Below, one piece after another: positions 1 through 11,000 of a DNA stretch of 15,485 nt (its first letter is position 1; each line of letters opens with the position of its first letter). Made by a program: the position numbers and the translations under genes. The notes beneath the pieces are model-generated. The model searched no databases. It saw only the letters and a list, made by a program, of their open reading frames with translations, and was not told the DNA's origin. Location: positions 1 to 15,485 of the forward strand of contig JAQGDQ010002085.1 of the NCBI GenBank assembly GCA_030141605.1. Direction: 5' to 3'. Source of the stretch: Tubiluchus corallicola. Its lineage: Eukaryota > Animalia > Priapulida.

Positions 1-100
1 CAGGGGGAGAGAGGAAGGAACGGAGAGGGAGAGAGAGAGAAAGAGAAAGAGAGAAAGAGAGAGAGAGAGAGACAAAGAGGTAGAAAGAGAGAAAGGGAGA
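1..100. repeat. Degenerate (GA)n polypurine microsatellite, cut by the window start
   Basis: Almost pure G/A run (gagagagaga, aagagaaaga). Confidence 0.95.
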
Positions 101-580
101 GATCAGTATGCGCACGAAATTAACTATAATACTTTAAATTCTACAATCACCTTATCATTACGATCAACACAAGCTCACGTGATAGTTTCACATTTTACGA
201 CAAAGGTGACCACGAACTAAAAGTTTTAGTAAATATTTCTAACTATTGTAAATGGAGTAACTTCTGTCAATAAATTTACTACTGCAATTAGAAGCAATTA
301 GGCTCTCATCAGCATCGTCTGGTAATCCGTATTGCCTAATGCATTTGTGGATGTCATGGCTACTAAAATAGGGGTTATTGTCGTGTGATGAATAAAGACG
401 TGATATTGGCAGTGGAAACTAATTCAACAATCGAATAGGCCTAAGCTGTTATTTATAGCTTTAATAATTTAGCTAATGCGCTGGAAATTGTATATACGCA
501 TGCAACCACCATTGACAACAATTATATTAAATGGTGCACACAGTATAATAAATGTGAACATCGTTTTCTGACGAAAGAGT

Positions 581-745
581 TCCTCCCTCTATCCCCCTGT
601 CTCTCTTTCTGTCTCTCTCCCCTGTCTCTCTTTCTATGTCTTTCTCTCTCTCCCTCTCCATTCCCCCTTCTCTTTCTATCTCTTTCTCTCTCTCCCTCTC
701 CATTCCCCCTCTCTTTCTCTCTCTCCCTGTCTCTCTTTCTTTCTC
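581..745. repeat. Degenerate (TC)n polypyrimidine microsatellite
   Basis: C/T run with a ~43-bp internal duplication (tctttctctctctccctctccattccccc twice). It accounts for the R/E-rich part of ORF 527..919. Confidence 0.95.
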
Positions 746-981
746 ATTAATTTCAAGGTCTGTTGCATTACTCGTATAACCGGAACAGTTTTTATAATGC
801 ACCATTAGGCTTATAATAGAACCATAATCGAACCAAGGCTCGACGGCTTCCAACATCCAAACAACTATTTTCTGTTTAATTTTAGTTTCCAAGCAACTCA
901 AGAATGAATTTTTTTTCAATTTAACGCATGTTTAATAATGCCCGTGTATCATTTACCTAATCCACGGTTTTTTTGGTAATA

Positions 982-1459
982 CAGTGGCCGCCGCTTATTA
1001 TGGACACGGTTATTGTGGACAGCCGGTTATTGTGGACAACTCGCGAGGGACGGAATTTTCCCCTAATAAAATCCGCCGGTTAATATGGACAACCGCCGCT
1101 TAATATGGACAGCGAACATTCTTGGCACGTGAACCAGCCGTGCGTGATTGAAAAGAGCTTCCCGCTCTGCTGCCTGTGTGAGTCATTGCATCAGTCAGTT
1201 CGTCGTTTGCCGTGGCCTTGAGAGCGTCGAAACTGTGATAACTTCCTTCCGTTCAAGGTTGAGAGAAAAGTTTCCTGCCAAACAAACTCGTCTGACTTCT
1301 TTTTTTCAAAAAAACAGGAGACGAGTTGATACAGACAGTTTTTTGCCTTTTTTAATGAAGGGGAAGGGTCTTCATGGGTCACTTCTCTTAATATGGACAG
1401 CCGCTTAATATGGACATACACTGCTGGCCCGGGGTGTCCACAATAAGCGGCGGCCACTG
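982..1459 (+). mobile_element. Non-autonomous pogo/Tigger-like (Tc1/mariner superfamily) DNA transposon, 478 bp
   Basis: 26-bp TIRs CAGTGGCCGCCGCTTATTRTGGACAC at 982-1007 and 1434-1459 (1 mismatch); TA on both sides (980-981, 1460-1461); several internal copies of the TTAWTRTGGACA motif. Confidence 0.93.
1190..1312 (+). pseudogene. Remnant of a pogo-family transposase C-terminus with a PCNA-interacting (PIP) box
   Basis: Frame of ORF 1148..1408 reads ...RSRLREKFPAK-QTRLTSFF-QK; QTRLTSFF (1283-1306) fits QxxLxxFF. pogo/Tigger transposases are known to end in a PIP box. The start coordinate is approximate. Confidence 0.65.
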
Positions 1460-1510
1460 TAGTCGATACTACTGCGTATTATAGCAACGCGGGATGACAT
1501 CAGCTTGGTC

Positions 1511-1575
1511 CAGGGCTGTCTTAATGCATGGGCATGTTGGACAGTCGCCTGGGGTCCCACGAGCAGGGGACCTTA
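1511..1575 (+). mobile_element. Possible orphan left end of a hAT-type MITE
   Basis: CAGGGCTGTCTTAA...GGGCA...GCCTGGGGTCCC resembles common hAT MITE termini. No matching right TIR found in the window. Confidence 0.35.
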
Positions 1576-1783
1576 TGCTAATCTAAGTACGTTATGAATT
1601 GATTTCAATAAATACATTCTATACCATACTAAATTATAAATATTTGTTATTGTATTACAAGTGGACATTGGTCATCGCCTCTGATTTAGTTTAATCATAA
1701 TTTATTATAGGATTGCATCAGACAGTTTGAACAACATGATTTAGGATCCTCACCACAACAGACTTTATACACTATTTACAAAA

Positions 1784-2227
1784 ATATTTACAGTAAGAAT
1801 AGACTATAACTACACAAGCTGACAAGTTTTACTACAAGATTACATTAGACATTAGTAACATTTACAGTAAGAATAGACTATAACTACACAAGCTGACAAG
1901 TTTTACTACAAGATTACATTAGATATTAGTAACATTTACAGTAAGAATAGACTATAACTACACAAGCTGACAAGTTTTACTACAAGATTACATTAGACAT
2001 TAGTAACATTTACAGTAAGAATAGACTATAACTACACAAGCTGACAAGTTTTACTACAAGATTACATTAGACATTAGTTACATTTACAGTAAGAATAGAC
2101 TATAACTACACAAGCTGACAAGTTTTACTACAAGATTACATTAGACATTAGTAACATTTACAGTAAGAATAGACTATAACTACACAAGCTGACAAGTTTT
2201 ACTACAAGATTACATTAGACATTAGTA
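1784..2227. repeat. 74-bp tandem array, 6 near-identical copies, in the LINE 3' UTR
   Basis: TTTACAGTAAG recurs at 1787, 1861, 1935, 2009, 2083 and 2157. Confidence 0.97.
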
Positions 2228-2295
2228 GAAAATGACGGTTAGAAAATATTAATGTACGAAAATTTAAGACTGATGCATTTCATAACAGATAGAAA

Positions 2296-2735
2296 CTACT
2301 GGAAGCATTTAGTACGTAATATAAAGTCATGTATACATTGGAATATTTTACAGTTAGCAACATAGTTAAATTCATCTTTTCCGAACAATAACAACTTCAA
2401 CAGATCATTAGTTCCTAAGACAGCTATATTAAGGATTTCGGGCAGAAGTATTGCATTTAATTTATCAAACATAACAACCCTAGTTTGTTGATACAATGGG
2501 CAGTGCAACAAAAAAGTGTTCAACAGACTCAAATCGAAATCCACAGTTACAATTCGGCAATACTGGATGACCGTTATTATCTTTACAGCCTTTAGAGAAA
2601 AGGTCATAGTTTAGCTGAGAAAATCCGATTCTCATGCGCGTATGATGCACTGATATTGGAGGTTTATCAATGAAAAATGTTTCTTACGCAACGAAAAACT
2701 TAAATGAGATTTGAGCTCTTGTTTGAATTGTGAAA
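2296..2735 (-). pseudogene. Frameshifted C-terminal part of CR1-like ORF2 with a CCHC-type motif
   Basis: Joined frames read FSQFKQELKSHL...SVHHTRMRIGFSQLNYDLFSKGC...PNCNCGFRFESVEHF/LLHCPLY...LLLFG...FILRTKCFQ*. One frameshift is in the A6 run at 2510-2515 and another is near 2675. Confidence 0.88.
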
Positions 2736-3283
2736 ATCGCCTTTGGTTTAGTATCGGACTCACCACTGTAACCTCACGTGTATGTATGTGTGCATCTAAC
2801 GGGCTACAGATATATACTCGCCATGAAAACTTTTTGATAGGTTCACACGGAAGCAATGCGAACACAGACTGAGGTCCAATAAACTGTTTTTTTTTGGAAA
2901 CAGACTGTGTGGCGATTGTTTTTTGGAAAAGACTTTGTCAAGATATTTTTTGATTTTTAAGTCAATTAATCACTTTGCAAAACTATTAGAAATTAAAAAA
3001 CTTTTTTATAATATTGACTTCTTCATGAAATTTGTGATAGGTTGATGAAATACAAAATGGTCTATGTACTGGAGTGTGAATAAGATTACATTTGAACTAC
3101 TTGCAAGTGAAAGATTCAAAATCAGCTTGCTGACAGTAGACATGTTCTTTCTAAAACAGAAGTAGAGATGCTATTCTGATCATCATGAAAGAGCATGTCT
3201 AAACATGATAAAGAACCGTTATTTACAGTATCACAAGTAAATTTGATGCAGTGATGACATGAGTTTAAATAAACTAAAAACAA

Positions 3284-3710
<427 letters not shown>

Positions 3711-3929
3711 ATTGTTACTAATATAATTAATTAGTTAATGCGCATGTACCAGGTAATTAAAAATTATCAGATTTTGAATTTAAGATGAATGAAAATTGAA
3801 TTATTATACGAATGTGTTAGTTTATAATAAAATAATGTTCAATAATGGGAAAGAAGAGACACACGTGACTATCTTAAAATAATAATTTAACCATTACATA
3901 TTTAGAATTAATGTTATAAGGACCTAGAG

Positions 3930-5075
3930 CCACGTGATTCATAGATTTGAACAATAAAAAAGTGTCGTCTACATAACGTCTATATGACACAGATTTAAAT
4001 TCTTTAGGACAATTATTAAGCCAAATTTTTCATAACAAAACACAAACACTTGAGCAAAAGTAGGGCCTAGTGATGATTCCATCCCAACTCCTTGAATTTG
4101 TTCACATAAAGCAATATTAAACAGAAATTGTACTTTTGTTACAGAAACTTCCAATAGATGGCGCAAATGATCTGACTTAAGGCTACTAACAAGATCAGTA
4201 TTATTAAAGCACGAGAAAACCACTCACTCACATAAAGCTTAACGAATTCGTCTTGAAATTTTATACCACTTACATACTACCTTTTCGTATGCAGGGCTTG
4301 CGTCGGCAGTAACGCTGTATAAACGTATATATGTATGACCGTTAGGCGCAGCCATTTTAATCGTAGGTCGTTTGAAACAAGTTTTGATAACATTAAGCAA
4401 AGTTTGAAAAAACAACCAGAGCATTTTTAGCATACACGTTGCTAATTAAGTAAAATTTTAAATTACTGTATCTTGTCAATAAGATTAAAAAAACGTTTTT
4501 GGCTAGTGAGTGGCGCACCCTGGAGGGTGAGTCAGCGACATTTTACCAATTGGCACAAACTTTTTAAATTGTTAGTCTAGTTATATAAGTCTTTTCAGCA
4601 GGTAAGTGAACTGGCCATAACAGTTATTCAAAAATGTGATTTCCTTAACAAATCTGAATGAATCCTTAACAGTGTATTCATTATGTGTAAGTAGTTTACA
4701 AATGGAAACTGAAAATTTTGAAATAGCATAAGTGAGAGTACCAAGAGCAGAAAGAATGGTCTCATTGGTACATAGGTTTGTGTACTTTAGGAAGATCACA
4801 TAAAATATCTGGTTTAAAACCGCATGGTCAAAGTTGGTTAAAAGTAGCTTGATTGTTTATACTATAATTAAATAAAGTTTTAATAAATTTCTGAACAGAA
4901 GCTTCTACTTTTAAAAGCACGAGTAAAAGCACTGTCAGTGCCATTAGTTATGAATTTAAATTTCGTAAAATCAGATAAAATAGAGTAAATTTTAGTGACG
5001 TGCTGATATTTATCTAAAATAACGTCTCCATTTCCCTTATTCATCAGACTTTAGTGAGGACTAGATTCGTTTTTT
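3930..5075 (-). pseudogene. Decayed reverse transcriptase of a Penelope-like retroelement, interrupted at 4208-4610
   Basis: Motifs in order across frames: KGNGDVILDK, LPKVHK, ILSALGTLTYAISKF, LTHNEYTVKDSFRFVKEI, MAS, [gap], QIQGVGMESSLGPTFA, WLNNCPKEFKSVSYRRYVDDTFLLF (YVDD at 3964-3975). Several frameshifts and stops. Confidence 0.9.
4208..4610 (-). mobile_element. Truncated copy of the TTAA-targeting non-autonomous DNA element, inserted in the Penelope-like RT
   Basis: Reverse complement aligns with ~6613-7047 (shared CGCTGACTCACCCT, CAGCGTTACTGCCGACGCAAG, GTATAAAATTTCAAGACGAATT). The terminus abuts TTAA at 4204-4207. Confidence 0.85.
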
Positions 5076-5543
5076 CTATTGCATGCTTCTGAGTACAACA
5101 GTTTCGTCAGGTGTCTTTCGTCGCGTGACAGTTGTGGTTAAGCACCGTTGCTGGAGTACACTTAACCTTTGACCTACAACAACTGCGCGTGCGCACAAGC
5201 AAACTGTGAAAAGGCTTATTGTATGGTATGTTATTGTGGGCGATGCTTGCAGCCGGTTCACAAATACGCAACGGTGAAGGATTGTTCATTCGAAGCAGAC
5301 AAGCGGATTTGTTCACACTGATGGGAAACAGCATTTGTCCAAATGAATGTGAACAATAAAAGTTGCCGCATCCAGCAAACGCTTTGCAAGTGTACGCAGA
5401 CCGTTGCAGGTATAAATGTTTTGCTCTATTACTCCTTCCTGAGGTAGTATGTGCATTAGAAGCCACAATACGTTAGACTGTAGTTCAACAAGCTAGACTA
5501 CTTTTTCTACTCTGACATTGTATAGGCAAAACTTGTTATGTAC

Positions 5544-6032
5544 TATATATTACGTACTAAAAGCTTCCAGTAGTTTCTGTCTGATATAAAATGCATCAGT
5601 CTTAAATATTCGTACATTAATATTTTCTAACCGCCATTTTCTACTAATATCTAATGTATTCTTGTAGTAAAACTTGTCAGCTTGTGTAGTTATAGTCTAT
5701 TCTTACTGTAAATGTTACTAATGTCTAATGTAATCTTGTAGTAAAACTTGTCAGCTTGTGTAGTTATAGTCTATTCTTACTGTAAATGTTACTAATGTCT
5801 AATGTAATCCTGTAGTAAAACTTGTCAGCTTGTGTAGTTATAGTCTATTCTTGCTGTAAATGTTACTAATGTCTAATGTATTCTTGTAGTAAAACTTGTC
5901 AGCTTGTGTAGTTATAGTCTATTCTTACTGTAAATGTTCTTGTAAATAGTGTATAAAGTCTGTTGTGGTGAGGATCCTAAATCATGTTGTTCAAACTGTC
6001 TCATCCAATCCTAAATAAATTATGTTTAAGCT
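5544..6032 (+). mobile_element. 5'-truncated CR1-like LINE, copy 2
   Basis: Perfect 15-bp duplication AAACTTGTTATGTAC at 5529-5543 and 6033-6047. Begins in the last ORF2 codons (ILRTKSFQ*) and has the same 3' UTR as copy 1. Confidence 0.93.
5642..5937. repeat. 74-bp tandem array, 4 copies, inverted relative to 1784-2227
   Basis: TACTAAT unit starts at 5642, 5716, 5790 and 5864. Confidence 0.97.
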
Positions 6033-6373
6033 AAACTTGTTATGTACACACGTCTTTGTTACGTTTCAAATTTAGCATGTGATTAGGCTGCAACTTATTA
6101 TCTTTTACTGACATTCTGACTTTTCTGGAGTCAATATTGGATCAACAATGTATGCATGCATTCTAGCCTAGTGTAGAACACTGTAAAATGTATTTTCTAG
6201 TACGTATTTCAGTAGTTTTAATAGCAATCACAGTTGTAGCTAACCAGTATAATTACGCAATAATTTTGTAGACTAGAGCAAATTTGTGTTTTTGCAGAAT
6301 GGACAACTTAGCTATGGAATCGCAACACTGGTTTGAGGGTGTACATTACATAGGCGACCATAGGCGTTTATAA

Positions 6374-7047
6374 AGGACAAGAAAAGGGGTACCTGAAGTA
6401 GGTTTCAGAAAAATCGCCTTAAGAAAGTATATGACTTTACAGCAATTTTATGCGTATATCGTACTCGTGTTGAAAGGCTTTTTCGTTTGTTTTCGTTTTA
6501 AATCTCCCGCAATACTGTTCCGACGGCGCCATTACATGACGTCACCTACGCACAACGTAAATCAGGGGACGAAAAGGAAATGTTAAATTATGTCCTTATA
6601 ATTTACTTAGCATTTCGCTTACCTGCTTGAAACGACTTATGTAACTAGAAAAGAAAATTTTTAATCATTTAAAATGCTTTTGCCAATTTTTAAAATATCG
6701 CTGACTCACCCTACAGGGTGCACCACTCACTAACCAAAAACGCATTTTTAATCTTATCGTTAAGATACAGTAATTTCAAATTAGTTTAGTTAGCGACGTA
6801 TGTGCCACGAACGCTCTGATTATTTTCTCAAACTTTAAACAATATTGTCTAAACTTGTTTCAAATGGTTTGTCATCAAAATTTCTGCGTCTGACGGTCAT
6901 CGCGGATTCGCCGGACTTTAAATTTGCATGTTTTGTACAGCGTTACTGCCGACGCAAGTGCTGTATACGTAGAGGTGCTATGTAAGTAGTATAAAATTTC
7001 AAGACGAATTTTTTAAGCTTTACGTAAGTTGAGGGTTTCCTTTCGCT
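6374..7047 (+). mobile_element. Near-complete non-autonomous Kolobok-like DNA transposon, about 670 bp
   Basis: Flanks are ATAA (6370-6373) and TTAA (7048-7051); termini AG...CT. Left end AGGACAAGAAAAG matches the terminus of the other copy, AGCACGAGAAAAC (10/13). The repeat itself is clear; the family call is inferred from TTAA plus purine termini. Confidence 0.65.
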
Positions 7048-7776
7048 TTAATTAAGCAACTATTTACTGTTTTATTTTGTCAACTGTAAGTAGCGCACCT
7101 TTAATGCTGCTTGGACACATTACTTTAAACACAATACATGTTTGGGTTTTACGGTGACAAACAAAGTCATCATTTTTTGCTTAGCATAACAGTTTATTGT
7201 TTGTATACCATCTTCACGTCACGTGACCCTTAGTCATTTACTTCATATCTGAGACGCCATTACCCAAAAACCTTACATTTTATCTGAAACAAGATATATA
7301 AATTCCTTTAATAAACTAATTCATTTCTTATCAAAAGATCGATTACGATTAAGTGAAATTAATGAGAGACTTACAGTAAATAACTAAATAAAATTTACAT
7401 ACATCGTTGGCGTTAAATCGTGAGTTACACAGAAACACGTCATCACTTGAACACATTGAAACTTGAATGACCGGAAATTGACTAGGATGCAAATATTGAA
7501 GCCAGATGTCGCCACTTGTAACTGTAAAACGCTATGTTATATTTAACAAACAAAAATCCTTGACAATGCTGCAGTTAGTGTTACGCCTAGCTGAGAAAAA
7601 TTTTAGAATATATGGTGAATCACGGTGATGTAGTTTAATTGACGCTTCTAGTTCTGTTAAATAATGACAGATCGTAATTACGGATTTGAAGAAAATGGCT
7701 TCAGGTGACCAAACGACAAAGTCTTTTAGTGTTTTTGGGTTCAATTCTCAATTAAAGTGGGAAGATTTCAATTCTC

Positions 7777-9351
7777 TCGTGATTGTAATTCGTTCAGAAT
7801 CTAGTGATTCAAAATCATTAAATCATTAATTTGCAATATTAATTGTCGTGATTATAATTCGTTAACATTCTAGTGGCTCAAAATCATGAAATCATTAATT
7901 TTCAATATTAATTGTCGTGATTGTAATTCGTTCAGATTCTAGTGGTTCAAGATCATTAAATCATTAATTTGCAATATTAATTGTCGTGATTATAATTCGT
8001 TCAGATTCTAGTGGCTCAAAATCGTTAAACCATTAATTTTCAATATTAATTGTCGTGATTGTAATTCGTTCAGGATCTAGTTGCTCAAAATCATTAAAAC
8101 ATTAATTTGCAATATTAATTGTCGTGATTATAATTCGTTCAGAATCTAGTTGCTCAAAATCATTAAATCATTAATTTGCAATATTAATTGTCGTGATTAT
8201 AATTCGTTCAGATTCTGGTGGCTCAAAATCATTAAATCATTAATTTGCAATATTAATTGTCGTGATTATAATTTGTTCAGATTCTAGTGGCTCAAAATCA
8301 CTAAATCACCAATTTGCAATATTAATTGTCGTGATTATAATTCTTTCAGATTTTAGTAGCTCAAAATCATTAAAACATTAATTTGCAATATTAATTGTCG
8401 TGATTATAATTCGTTCAGAATCTAGTTGCTCAAAATCATTAAATCATTAATTTGCAACATTAATTGTCGTGATTATAATTCGTTCAGATTCTAGTGGCTC
8501 AAAATCATTAAATCATTAATTTGCAATATTAATTGTCGTGATTATAATTCGTTCAAATTCTACTGATTCAAAATCGTTAAATCATTAATTTTCAATATTA
8601 ATTGTCGTGATTATAATTTGTTCGGATTCTAGTGGCTCAAAATCATTAAATCATTCATTTGCAATATTAATTGTCATGATTATAATTCTTTCAGATTCTA
8701 GTGGCTCAAAATCACTAAATCATCAATTTGCAATATTAATTGTCGTGATTATAATTCGTTCAGAATCTACTTGCTCAAAATCATTAAATCATTAAATTGC
8801 AATATTAATTGTCTTGGTTATAATTCGTTCAGATTCTAGTGGCTCAAAATCATTAAATCATTAATTTGCAATATTAATTGTCGTGATTATAATTCTTTCA
8901 GATTTTAGTGGCTCAAAATCATTAAAACATTAATTTGCAATATTAATTGTCGTGATTATAATTCGTTCAGAATCTAGTTGCTCAAAATCATTAAATCATT
9001 AATTTGCAATATTAATTGTCATGATTATAATTCTTTCAGATTCTAGTGGCTCAAAATCACTAAATCATCAATTTGCAATATTAATTGTCGTGATTATAAT
9101 TCTTTCAGATTCCAGTGGCTCAAAATCACTAAATCATCAATTTGCAATATTAATTGTCGTGATTATAATTCGTTCAAATTCTACTGATTCAAAATCATCA
9201 ATTTGCAATATTAATTGTCGTGATTATAATTCGTTCAGATTCTAGTGGTTCAAAATCATTAAATCATCAATTGCAATATTAATTGTCGTGATTATAATTC
9301 GTTCAGATTCTTGTGGTTCAAAATCATTAAATCATTAATTTGCAATATTAA
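7777..9351 (+). repeat. 69-bp minisatellite, about 23 copies (outer domain of left arm)
   Basis: Unit TCGTGATTATAATTCGTTCAGATTCTAGTGGCTCAAAATCATTAAATCATTAATTTGCAATATTAATTG starting at 7777, 7846, 7915 and onward. Confidence 0.98.
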
Positions 9352-9902
9352 CTCGGCGTTAACGAGTTTATTGCTCTTCGACGTACAAAATGTTCCAATA
9401 AATGAGTAAGAGGACAGCTTTCCATACGTCTGATTCACCACTATTCACCTTTACAGATTTCGTTTCTAAAGAATAATTATTTCCGGCAGACGGCCTTTGG
9501 CGTTTTGTTGCTTTTCTCATAAATTTTGAAAAGTCCTGCAAGCAATGCAGAGAGAAGCAGAGATGTGCAAGTGTATGCCTTGCCTTGGTTACACATAATT
9601 TCATCTAGAATATGGAAATGTCATGTAAACTAGCTGGCTAAGAGGGAAAGCCAGTGAAATTCTTTCTTCTGAAACCTTATTGAATTTGGTCTCATTTTTG
9701 TAGAAGGAAATGGCGGGACGTAATGACTCAATCTTCTCTGAAAAATGAGTCGTGGCGGATGAATACACGTGCTTCGGCTTTTATTGATCGGATTATTTAC
9801 TTTAAGGTGTTCAAGTGAAACTTTTCATGAAAATAAGAACAAAAACACGAAAAACTCAGACAAATTATTGCAGAATTTATGACTCGTGGCAAAACTTCTT
9901 TC
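9352..9902 (+). repeat. 551-bp non-tandem module of left arm
   Basis: Reverse complement of 13860-14410; I found only about 3 substitutions by eye. Confidence 0.97.
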
Positions 9903-9960
9903 AACGCGTCTAAATTGTTTACGAAGAGTAAACAGCGTCTACTAAGGAAAAACAAATAAA

Positions 9961-10018
9961 GATGTGGTAACGGCAATATTTGCAGTGATATGATATGGTA
10001 ACGGCAATATTTGCAGTG
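9961..10018. repeat. 31-bp period tandem duplication, 2 copies
   Basis: GATRTGGTAACGGCAATATTTGCAGTG at 9961 and 9992. Confidence 0.9.
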
Positions 10019-10937
10019 GACTAACTCACTAACCTATTAATTTTATCAGCTGTCATTGTCTCAGATGTTATTGCGTATTTAAATTTGAGTTTTCAGTTGC
10101 ATACTTGGTGGTCATACGTAAAATTCGGCATCCCTAGGTCTCCCCTAAAACATACATAGTAACATGTTAAATTCTCATGATAGATAAATACATTAATCAA
10201 TAAACGGTTTATCGAATTATCCGTACTTGGCAAGTAAATGTAACTACATCAAAATGGAATTTGTAAAGTGTAGCATAGTTTCTGTTAGCAAATGTAATCT
10301 GTTAAATGTATGTAATGTAATGTAATATCATATATCTTTTGGCTACCTAACATTGTATTTCGGTGTTGTTTCTAAGTTTTGGTAAATTTCTTTGTTTTAA
10401 ATGCCTTGATAATGAACAGTTTGTTCGAAACCGGTAATTTCGAAACCGCAATAAATTCCAAACTGTATATTGCTGTGAATTGCTGTATAGTCATGATAAA
10501 TTTATTTTGAAATTGAACTTGAATTACGTTTGTGGACGTCTCTAACCATAAATACACGATAGCCGTGCCAACACGGTGAGAATCACGTGACTGAACAAAG
10601 TGACGAAACGTATTAAAGAAATTAATGGTCCCAACTTTTTTACACTTTCTCTTCGAGTTATGTTCATGCATGACCCATTTCATCAAGAATGACCAAGAAT
10701 GCTCAAACACTCCAATCCAAACATCAAGTCCCAGATATAAGTGTGTAAATTACTTGTTGATTCTGTTAAAGAATAAAGAAATGTAAATAAATAAATTGCT
10801 GCATATTTTATGGAAATAATAACTTCAAATTAGTACATACACAAACAAATTACATAAAGTAACATTTCACATATACAGTTAATTTCAGTAGCTAATCAAA
10901 ACTACAAAAATTATTAAATTGAATAAAAGCAACTTAC

Positions 10938-11000
10938 ATCCTTGTCCAAACATTAGAGCACCATTAGAAAACTGTGACAGACAATAAACACCAATTGCAA
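10938..11000 (-). other. Candidate 63-bp exon
   Basis: Acceptor tatttcctgctgtctgcAG and donor GTAAGT (10932-10937). Open only in phase 1: AIGVYCLSQFSNGALMFGQG. No homology recognised. Confidence 0.35.

Larger units (their letters stand above)
1691..2735 (-). mobile_element. 5'-truncated CR1-like non-LTR retrotransposon, copy 1
   Basis: ORF2 C-terminus, then 3' UTR ending in AATAAA and a short tail; flanked by a 17-bp duplication ATCGCCTYTGRTTTAGT at 1674-1690 and 2736-2752 (2 mismatches); homologous to 5544-6032. Confidence 0.9.

Noticed and set aside
527-919. 130-aa ORF on the minus strand
   Set aside because: Kept open by the GA microsatellite; non-ATG start and no recognisable domain.
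2862-2950. Degenerate ~34-bp repeat (TGTTTTTTGGAAAmAGACT)
   Set aside because: Only 2-3 poor copies; no structure could be assigned.
6285-6340. Possible plus-strand micro-exon after tgtttttgcAG (6297)
   Set aside because: Weak donor, no partner exon and no recognisable peptide.
7200-7515. GTCACGTGAC, CCGGAA and ATGCAAAT motifs as a promoter
   Set aside because: Short scattered words with no associated gene; expected by chance.
7740-7776. TTCAATTCTC direct repeat as a TSD for the foldback
   Set aside because: Both copies lie on the left flank; nothing matches after 15308.
8607-9245. ORFs within the 69-bp (23-codon) array
   Set aside because: The consensus unit has an in-frame TAA; frames open only where it mutated to CAA or TCA.
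9368-9604. 78-aa ORF duplicated at 14158..14394
   Set aside because: Conservation simply reflects the inverted duplication; the differences I found all change amino acids and no domain is recognised.
9815-9895. ENKNKNT...W peptide resembling the N-terminal part of Crypton/DUF3504 recombinases
   Set aside because: Needs a frameshift, lies in low-complexity A-rich sequence, and has no catalytic motifs nearby.
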